A DNA stretch of 60,063 bases, filler included, from Hausera hauseri (taxonomy: Eukaryota), in assembly GCA_046269625.1 (NCBI GenBank). It is 11 parts of 11 records of this genome, joined end to end, with 100 filler letters (N's around TTAATTAATTAA, not from the genome) between each part and the next. Parts side by side here need not be neighbours in the genome. Positions count along the whole stretch, not along the records: positions 46,788 to 51,283 come from JBJURY010553561.1; positions 51,384 to 55,397 come from JBJURY010818864.1; positions 55,498 to 60,063 come from JBJURY010525125.1; 8 more parts are not named here. One strand, 5' to 3'. Position 1 is the stretch's first letter. Each line of letters opens with the position of its first letter. A model generated the notes under the pieces. That model did no database searches and had not been told where the DNA came from. It saw nothing but the letters and a program-made list of their open reading frames with translations. The position numbers and the translations under genes were made by a program. Below are positions 50,539 through 60,063 of this stretch, in pieces.

Positions 50539-53500
50539 ATTTTGATATTGAAAATACAATATTTTACATAAAAGGTCAAATTGGCAGACAAAAGTTTACA
50601 CAATTCCATTCACACTTTCCCGAGTTGTGAATGACGACGTATTCAACAACATCGAGCAACTTGCTGGCGATGGTACCTGACAATATCCAATGTCCGTATC
50701 GTGATCATGGACAGCATTGGGCTTACAAAAAATGTCTACGGTTTTGCATTGACTATATTTCATGCAAATAAATAAATATATGTACGTATTTCCTTCTTTC
50801 TGTAAATGATGTTCATATTATATTTAATAGTATTGGTCAGTTGAATAATTCAAAAACCGTTAATACGGGAAGGTTTTAATAATAATAATCATGGACTATA
50901 ATGGAAATTGTACACATTACGAATGACTTCAGTAATGTGGAGGTAATTTGTATTATTGTGATGTGATACAATACTCACAAAGTAAATGTCTATTGTTTAC
51001 AATGAAGACAAACCTTCGATATAAATATGGATGCAATTTTATTTCACATTTTTCTTATTTAATAAATGTTTTTGGAAAACAATTCAGCAGGTGAGTCTCT
51101 CAAAAAAGCCACGATACAGCGAATATTCGCTTAGAAATTCCAGGTTGTATAATGGACACAACTTACATTATCTGCGCAACGCTATTGAATTGCGATTGAT
51201 GAAAGCGGTCAAAATCAAACCGGTGAATTATGGTCTATTTGTGAAAAAGATCAGCGGCGATGATATGGATACAATGGAAGACANNNNNNNNNNNNNNNNN
51301 NNNNNNNNNNNNNNNNNNNNNNNNNNNTTAATTAATTAANNNNNNNNNNNNNNNNNNNNNNNNNNNNNNNNNNNNNNNNNNNNGCAGCTTAATAAAGGGT
51401 AAACCTCAGAAATATCCAGACCTGAAAATACGTATCCAAAGAGAAGATGAATTACGAAACTGTTGATACAGGGGCCTTAAATATTTTAGCCTTTATCACG
51501 TATCAACATATAAAAGTCATTTCTTGTTTAAAGGGTATTTCTTATCAACGATCGTTCGTTACCCTGTCCTGTCCTCACTGGATCCATGTTAATTCCTAAA
51601 CCATTTATTTTATTATCTAGAGTATGCGTGAGTGTTATTGATTGCGTAAGTATTATTGATGTATTCTCATTATGATGTGTATCCAGTAAATAGAGTATAA
51701 TTATCCTATAAATGTAAATTTTGCTGAAGTGTTATTCCTGAATAAATTAAACTATTATATTCTGAACTATATTTATTAATTATTTACCGAGTTATATTGT
51801 ACTATATTTATGATTGATCATAAATTGTTCTATACCTTATATATTTCATTAGATGCACATTTTTAAATAAAATAAACACTTACTAAAACAATAACTCGAC
51901 GTTCCTTTACATACATGGTTGGTTTGAAACTAAATTGCAGATACAAAACGAAACCTATTCGACAATTTGCAGTCGGCCGTTAGGAATTAAACAAAAATGG
52001 AATCTTCACCCAATATGCAAATATGACGGGAGAATAAAATGAATAAAAACGAGCACGAAATTCATCATTGTCAATAAATATATTGAAATCGGTTTTTTAA
52101 AACTCATAAAAATTATATAACAAAACATTTTTATTTTCAATTTACAGTTCGATCAAATGTCACCATGATTATGTGTCTGAAAAGGTTTTTATTGAAAACT
52201 ACTTATTTTAGGTAGACGTACATATATTTTGAAATGCGCCAATTGAACGGTTTGAACATTTTTCCGTTTGACGTCCAAATTACATTTTTAAATTTTTTAC
52301 AACAAGTGATTCACATGAAAAATTTAAATGCAACTTTTGAATTTCATTCTTATAGTTTAGTCTTCAGTACAAAATATGATTTAATTTCGACAACATTTGA
52401 GAATTTCATACCGTTTAGCAAAACGAACAAGAGACTCATTATGTTCCCGTATATCAGTCTACAATCATAAACTCAGTGTTGAATACACGGGTTGTTTCCT
52501 TAAATCGAATCATAAAATCCCTGCAAGGGTTTCGGTCTGAACACATGAACACAAAGTCTATTATAAGACTAGCCATTCTACACTCAATGTTTATTAATTG
52601 ATCGCCGAATTACAACATCCGTCCAACTGTGTGCTTAGTTCGTCTCTAATAATAGCAAATCACCATTAACGGTAATCGTAACGTTCCTTACAGAATATCG
52701 ATCGAAATACGCCATGGTACATAAAGAGAACTCCTTTGGCAAGGCAAAACCTTTCACTTCTGGACCTTCTCTAATAAATGGACATCATCAACGGGAGATC
52801 GACCGTTATATCACAAAAGTTCTTTTCAATCGTCAATCGTTCCGTTCGGAGTAAATCCATTGCATACCTTAAATAGTTTGATGACGTTAGATTCGAGTCG
52901 TCCACTCCTTGGGTTGTGCAATCGCTTCACCATTTCATTCAAAAGGAATTTCTCACTCTCGGGACCAACTACACCTGCAGTACACAAGCTCGCTGAACAA
53001 GACAATCCAATCGTATTTAATATAGAGTAAGTTTTATTAAAATAACAAAAATTTTACATATAACGAACTACGTCAAGGCGGCATAGTTATATACAAAACA
53101 AAACTAGATCTTTCTCACCCAAATCATTACCCATATTATCATCATGTGCTTCGGCCATCGTATCAATGTGAATAATTTTCTTGTCTGATTAAAAGAATTT
53201 TGTTTGGTATCTTCAAAGATTTCTATTGATCGAAGTTTTCTGGATAAAGTGGTTGTCTATCTCTCTATTGAAAGGTAATCAACGAAATAGAAAACCCAAT
53301 TCGTTACTCAATGACTCACCTAAGTAAGTCTGATGATTTTGCACCAAGTATTGCAAGTATATGAGGCTAAGTATTTGTTGTTCTTTCTTGTCATTCATGT
53401 TGCTTATATACTCGCCATGTTCGTTTCCTAATTTAGAATATTATTTGGTTTTCGCAACCATATCGTATTACTCCATTTTTAGAAACACTGATTCAGTTTT

Positions 53501-54012
53501 TAATTTTAGCATTTCGCTACCATTTCGTCACTGATTCAATTTCAAATTTTAAATTTCATAATGGTCTTTTGGTTTTCAAATTAATTTTTTTGAATTATAA
53601 AGCCTTAGCATTTTACTACAATTCCGCTACTAATTAACCTTTAATTTCAAAATTAATACTGCAAATATTTCTTCCAGGTTTTCTATTTTCTATGAATTAA
53701 AGTTGGAATATTTGATTTCGCATAAAACATGATTTTATTGTCTCTCATTTAACTATTGCCGCAATTCAACTTGGTTAACAATATACACACACTAACCAGT
53801 TATAAAAAAAGATGACCATCAAGGGTCTCACAATTACCAAGACAACAAATAAGGTTTTTAATAAAAAAAATCGAATCAAAACATTTAATAAAATTCGAAT
53901 CAAAAGGTTCAAAAGGTTCGAAAAGGTTCATAAGTTCACAAGGTTCAGAATGTCAAAGTTGTTCAAAATGTTAAAGTTGCATCAAAGTTGCATTGGCCGA
54001 AATTAACGAATC

Positions 54013-55397
54013 CTAACAAGCCTCTTTGATTTTTCCTCTGCTGTAGTATTCGGCCATAACGAGGATTTTCTTGTACTCTTTCACTTCGCCGAATTCTGTA
54101 ACTATGATCGGTGTATCTTCCTCCCAGTTCTTCCTAAGAACGTTAACTTCTGACTTAAGGGATTTGGATTTCATAATTTCCAACGGTTTTTCACTGTCCT
54201 CTTTCTTTTTCTCTCGATTTGATATTCCTTTCTGATTGTTCATGGGTTCCTCCGGAATTGGGTTACCTATCGTGGATTTTTTTTGTTTATTTGACTTTTG
54301 CTGGTCTTACTTCTCTTTTTATGGATATAATCCAGGAAGGAGGTTTTCGTCTTTTGCCTTTTCGGTTTTTCTGAAGCATCGGATTTCGTCGATGGTTCTT
54401 CCTGAGCTTTACTAGTTGATAGCTTCTGTTGATTGTTGATGGTTATCCGAATTCGGTTCGGTTTTTGGGGCTCGATTTGTCGATAATCTGGGTATTCACT
54501 AAACTCTTTTCGGAATTTTTGCATCAGTGCCTTGGGGTTGTTGTCAGACATTGCATTTTGTACGGGGCTTCTGGGTTTCCATTCGTGATCCCATCGTAAT
54601 GAGTTATAGATATCCTTTATAAATTTGGTCCTTTGGCTTGCTGTCATTGGCTTAGGGAATTTGAATCGATCGCTATTCATGGCTTCTAACATCATCTTAA
54701 ATTGCGATTCTCGGGATGCCGACGGAAGTAGGCATCCTCTTTTCCGCATCAATGTACTTTCCACTTGGCTTACCACTGCTGGGTTCCGACTCAATTTTCG
54801 AATTCCGGCTATATATTTTTGTCTGATTCCTAGTCGCTCCAACGCTTCGTGCATTCGAAATCCGGTAACGACGTACCCATATAATCAATGGCTTATATCT
54901 TCTTGGATCTCCAAAAAATCTTTTCCCTTTTCGAGCTGCGGCTTCGTGATTCCCGTAACATCAGGAAAAGTATCCTTTATCCTAGCCCGAGGTGCGATTA
55001 TTTTGTTTATGATTTCCTCTCCATTAGTATTTCTGATGGCGACTTCGATTGGAAAGTACCATTCGTCATCCTTTTCTCCATAGTTTACGGCCAATATCCG
55101 AGTATTTCACCAATCTGGGACTAATCTGTAAGATTCCCCATTTTGCTCTATTTCATCTTCGGATGGTTTCTATACATATAATAATGGTGGTAGCAGCTTC
55201 ATTACCTCGGTTCGCCACGTCATCTCTATTATGATCTTGGTGGGAAGGTCCGCAATCCTAAACTCCAGGGCATAATTCATGAGGCTATAGCAACATAGCT
55301 CATAAGTACTAAACTTCCACTGCTGCCCTTTTTGCGTACTCCAGGATTGTCCTACGATCCTGTACTGAATTTCTCCATCAGCGACATGTATGTACAA
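54013..55397 (-). pseudogene. Further copy of cargo ORF2 (paralogue of ~48495-49880)
   Basis: Near-identical peptides to the copy at 48200-50165: 'AVNYGEKDD', 'HEALERLGIRQ', 'RKNWEEDTPIIVTEFG'. Confidence 0.85.
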
Positions 55398-56789
55398 NNN
55401 NNNNNNNNNNNNNNNNNNNNNNNNNNNNNNNNNNNNNNNNNTTAATTAATTAANNNNNNNNNNNNNNNNNNNNNNNNNNNNNNNNNNNNNNNNNNNNTAC
55501 ATGTACTGGGAGTAAATGAAAGGCTTTCTAGACAATTGCTGTTGTATCCCTTAACCCATGTAACTTGGAATATGTGCTGCTTTTTTATAAGCTTTATTTA
55601 AGAACGACCGGGTGTGTGTTACTATAGACCAAAATTAAAAAAAATTATTTCACCCATTTGCCGACGTCTTAGAGATTTGAAATTTTGCACAGAGATAAAG
55701 TTCGGATGACAATATCATATTCCGTCGTTAATTTTTTTTCTTTTTAAGTGTAAGTATTTTTAAAAAAATAAAATTTGTTTTTTAGAGAGTCGAATCTCAG
55801 CTAGCGGATCAAACGATCTGTTGTTTTGTTAACCACAACTGTTAACTGTTCAAACGGCGTCCATTTTTCTAAAATCTTGTGTGGTAGCGCAATCGAAAGG
55901 AAGAGGTAAGATTATAATTTTATTCCCATTTTAAAACGCACGCGTTGTTGTATTAATCTGTATTTGTTGAAGATTAATCTATTTTGTATGCATCCCATCT
56001 GATTTTATACTCGGAAACTCTTAAAAATATTTACATTCCCTACTCACTTTAAAACACTTGCATTAACCCTATTACGTAACGAGAAATGAAACAAATCAAA
56101 AGTTTCCGTTTGGTTGTGGAACTTTGGTGACTAACAGACGGTCAACAGAAAGAATTGTTCAAGGTCTCTGAACTGGCGGCTGGCTGTTCCTTGGAGCTAA
56201 TTCAAACGGTAAGCATTTTTTATAAGGTTTCTATGAAATCGATTTGTGATAGTCGAAAATTTGAAAAAAATTATTTATCCTGTACATTTGCAGATGAATG
56301 AAATGAAATGTAGATAGATATTTTACTACGCATTTGAGTATTACGTTACATGCTGTTTATATAAGCATGTAAATGATTTCAATAATTAAGTAAGACTACA
56401 CACGGGTAATTCAACGTATATCCTGTTGCACATTTTAGCATTAAAGGCTGGATGTGAGTTTTTGCATTGCCATGTTTTTTTTTTTTTCTGTACAGTAACT
56501 ACTGCATACATTGGATTTCCAGGTTGTTCTATTTGTGTTATGTATATAGTATGAGATACTTCCTAGAAGTTGTTTATATAGGCATTTCGGTTGTTACATG
56601 TTACTTTATGGTATAGAGTTCTGCCCCAAATGATTTAGTGTATTAATCTTAGTTTAGCATGTTAACGAAATAAAAGCTAGGGAGAAATTCAGAAAAAAAA
56701 AATGCTTTATAAATGCTAAGAACGCCAAATGTGGTTCGTTTATGATGTTGAATTAATGTGCACGTTTGTTGTAATAATATTCTAACTTT

Positions 56790-59275
56790 TTACACTGAAA
56801 GATTAACGTTCAGTCATAATTTTCTTACTTTATCTTCAGAATTTGCGATTAATTATGAATGTTAAATACACCAAACGTTATATAATAATTTGAATTTCTC
56901 AGAAGAAACTGTAAAATTTATGAAATATCTAAAGAAATATTGTAAACGAATAATGAAGCCATATTTATCATGCTAGAATTATTAACTGTAACTAAAAAAA
57001 CTAAAAAATTTTAGAATCTGAATGTAATGTAACATCCTATCCTCTCCCTCCCCCCTTTCTTGACTTCACTAAAGATGAAATGCCAAATTGCCGATAAACT
57101 GCCAGATGTGGCGAGTTTTGTGTATGTACTTGCGCTCACTCAAGCTAACATCAGCCTGGCGATTTTTTGGGAAATTCGCCAAATCGTTTCCAACTTTTAG
57201 ACTCCAATATGGACTTATGGCAAAATTTCAAAACACACATCTGTCCAGGCTTAATAAAAACTTTGATATAAGGGTAGGGGGAGATACAGAGTAAGACAAA
57301 TCTTGTTTTTTCTTATAATGTAATACTTTTGTAGCCGTTAAAGGTAAGTTTCATTTATTATTACAATTCTTTTTTTCTGCATAATATACTATATAGTATG
57401 CATTTAAAAAAATACGTTGCATAATAGTGGATAAATTTCTGTTTACGTTAAATTGCCATGTTGATGTTGGCTTTCTGTTTTCTGAATGCAAGAGTAAATT
57501 ATACATGAAGCAGCTTCTTAATATACTGCAATTTATGTGCATAATATAGTACATAGTATGCACAAATTATATGTATATAAGTCCATAAAATCCTGTCTAC
57601 AGGAAACTACGTCTTGACGTTGGCCAAGAAATAAGTTTCCAATCGGCGACAATGTGAAAACAAATCAATTACTTTTTAAAAATCAATGTTACGGTTGTTT
57701 TTGCGTATGTTTACAAATCAAATTCATGGAACTTTTTTCCGTGTGAAAGTATTTCAATATATTACTTTAAATGTAATGAATTAATTGTAATTAGTAAAAA
57801 TTTACACAATATTGCCATATTCGCCAACGAATAGTCGCCAAACGGCGGGCGATAATATTGAAGTTTGCCCGATCAGCTCTATAATTTACACATGTTGGGT
57901 ATTTTATTTCATATCAAAGCAATGTGTTTACTATTAAGCCTGATTTTTTTCATCCATTTCACTTTGTGTTAAAAACATACACATTCAAGCTTTTATATTT
58001 GTACTAGCTGAAATATCCCAGTGATAATATTTAAATCTTAATAGCGAAGTGCGATAATATTAAATTTAGCTTCATTGGTTCCTATTGCATCTTTCAGTTC
58101 AAGATAGTTGTAGTCAGATTTATGCCTCATCAAATATACATCAAAATTCATGTTCATAACTATTCTTTCTGCTCTGCTATTATTATAGAAATTGCAAAAA
58201 TTTTAATAGCAGAAAAGCTATACGTTCCTAATTTTTCAAATGTTTAGAAATATTTCAAGTGTTAGTAATTATATACTTCAAACTAAAATTTACATTTCAA
58301 ATTTTTAGTTTGAAGTTCCAATTTTTATTTATTAATGTTTCTAATAACACAAATTACATTTTTAAATTTATACATTCATTGAAACTGACTGTGTTTTGTA
58401 TAGGATAAGCATCAAAACAAATACAAAGTAGAAAATACTGATTTAAACTGTTGTAATATTACACTGTCGAGATTTAACACATGCAGGTGTTTTTTCGCTA
58501 TGCGGCGACCATAAAAGTGAGGTGAGAGGGGAGAGGTAAACAGCCAAATATAATTTTTCGTTGTTGTAAAATTAATTGATGAGAATTCAGAATGACCGAT
58601 CTTCATCGCATTTCGTTTACTTATTCCTTACATCATCAGAAGGGTAATATGGTTTTTCCTTTTTAAGAAAACCATCCTTTTTTTTATATTGATTTTCTGA
58701 GGATGCAAAATATTTTATAAATTATTTGCAAATGTACAAATACATACCTTTTAACAAATTCAACTTAACATTCGGGTTCTTCAAGTACAAATTTAAAGTT
58801 AATTGTTGTAATATTCATTCATTAGTGGTAACATATAATTTCTATGCAAAAAAAATCTTGACATATTACTAGAGTTGTCCCAGCAGCCCGAATTAAAAAC
58901 AAAATTGGAGAAAATTCGGGAGCTAGCACCAGGGTTTTTTCTTCCTTTGGCCGTTTAACGATGCCCACTTCTGCTTGTAATTATGTTTCTTTTTCTTGCA
59001 ATTCTTCTTCCTGTTAAATTGGATCTTCCCCCCTCCCCCTCCAATTATTACTCATATGTTTCATTTGTATTCTCCCCCTCCCTTAAGGTTGATTTTCTTC
59101 ATTTTCTGTTGTTTTTTTTTTTTGGTTCTATGATGACATTACACATGCATTACAACTTTTAAATTTTTATTTCTTATTACACTGGAAGATTAACGTTCAT
59201 TCATAATTTTTTTTTTCCTTCTTCAGAAATTCTAATTAATTATGAATGTAAAATAACATACGCCAAACGTTTATC
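56790..59275 (+). repeat. Dispersed direct repeat of ~90 nt (56790-56880 and 59178-59275)
   Basis: 'acactg.aagattaacgttca.tcataatttt...cttcagaa...attaattatgaatgt.aaata...ccaaacgtt' occurs twice. Confidence 0.7.
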
Positions 59276-60063
59276 ATATTTGTGGCTTTTATTGGAATGT
59301 TTTTATCCTTCGCCAACGTGGCGCTAAATCGTTTATCGTCCCATTGTTTAACTTCCTTCGCCCCTTCAGATGTCAGTGGATCTGTCCACATTTTCTTATT
59401 TCACAAAATATGGTGTGTTCATGTACGTATTACTTGGTGGTAGCGTGGTTAATTTTGCCGGCGTGGTATTGTAAATTTAAATGACATGACTTATATAATT
59501 CATGCCAGTCTATATAAAGGCTGTATTGCAACATGGTGTATCTTTGCTGATTCCAGTTATCAAACAAGATAAGCCTTGATGATTTCTTCAGCCCCCCGTT
59601 TGTTCTCAGGGTGACTGTTTGTTCCTACGGATGCTGAATGAGCAACAACAGGAGGAGAAAACAACATCAGCAGTTTGCCTGAACAGTAAAAGTGCAAACA
59701 GACAATGTAGACCACAAAGCTCCAGTTACACCCCAGCAGATCGGATCAAACCTTTGGAGATGCAATAAAAATAAACTCATGCTCCAACTGAGATATTCTG
59801 ATAGTGTTAAGATCTTGTAGCTGCTTCATGTTGGATTCAAAACAAACGTATATCCTGAACCACGCATGAATGGTGGTGGAGTCGGCGTCCGTGCAGCTGA
59901 TTTTGTCTTCCTTCTTGCATGAACCAACACGATGTCGCTACAAGATAAAGCCACAGACTGGAATCAAAACAAGAGTTGCTCTCACAGGCTGCTGTCCTGA
60001 CTGGAAGGCTCAGGCGCCAGTTTCCTGCTTCGTGGTGAGGTGGAGGCAGCCAGTTTGGTTGGG

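Noticed and set aside
53812-54006. Lys/Phe-rich 64-aa ORF
   Set aside because: Product of degenerate 9-10-nt tandem repeats (caaaaggtt-like) at the truncation point of the ORF2 copy.
7952-55497. Recurrent TTAATTAATTAA motif and ORFs ending in X...LIN
   Set aside because: Artificial linker. Adjacency across these spacers has no biological meaning and I did not use it as synteny.
55498-59560. Protein-coding genes in the last contig
   Set aside because: AT-rich, with only short ORFs lacking motifs; probably intergenic DNA with unclassified repeat fragments.

Overview
This window is not one locus. It is 11 unrelated eukaryotic contigs joined by artificial 100-nt spacers (N44-TTAATTAATTAA-N44). 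Most contigs are AT-rich, invertebrate-like DNA made of decayed mobile elements; 42242-46687 and probably the last ~500 nt look teleost-like. The main finding is an unusual Ty3/gypsy-type LTR retroelement family seen in four contigs. In contig 21169-28053, a chuvirus-like (class III) fusion glycoprotein lies upstream of pol and in the same reading frame as the protease, with no Gag between them. In contig 1-7951, the integrase reads in-frame into a second membrane protein (signal peptide, three FN3-like domains, TM helix); homologues occur at 21169-22030 and 46788-48094. Behind candidate splice acceptors there is then a conserved cargo ORF with an apparently inactive REX4/ISG20-like DEDD exonuclease domain, followed by a polypurine tract and 3' LTR. 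The full layout is pieced together from overlapping homology between separate contigs, not read from one copy. Also present: Polinton/adintovirus-type protein-primed DNA polymerase B genes (two head-to-head, with an ATG-only first exon and a duplicated Cys/His domain), a CsRn1-clade gypsy element, a Brr2/SNRNP200 pseudogene fragment, a Ly6/uPAR pseudogene, and maT, mariner, hAT and RTE remnants. All homology calls come from motif recognition by eye; no database search was run.
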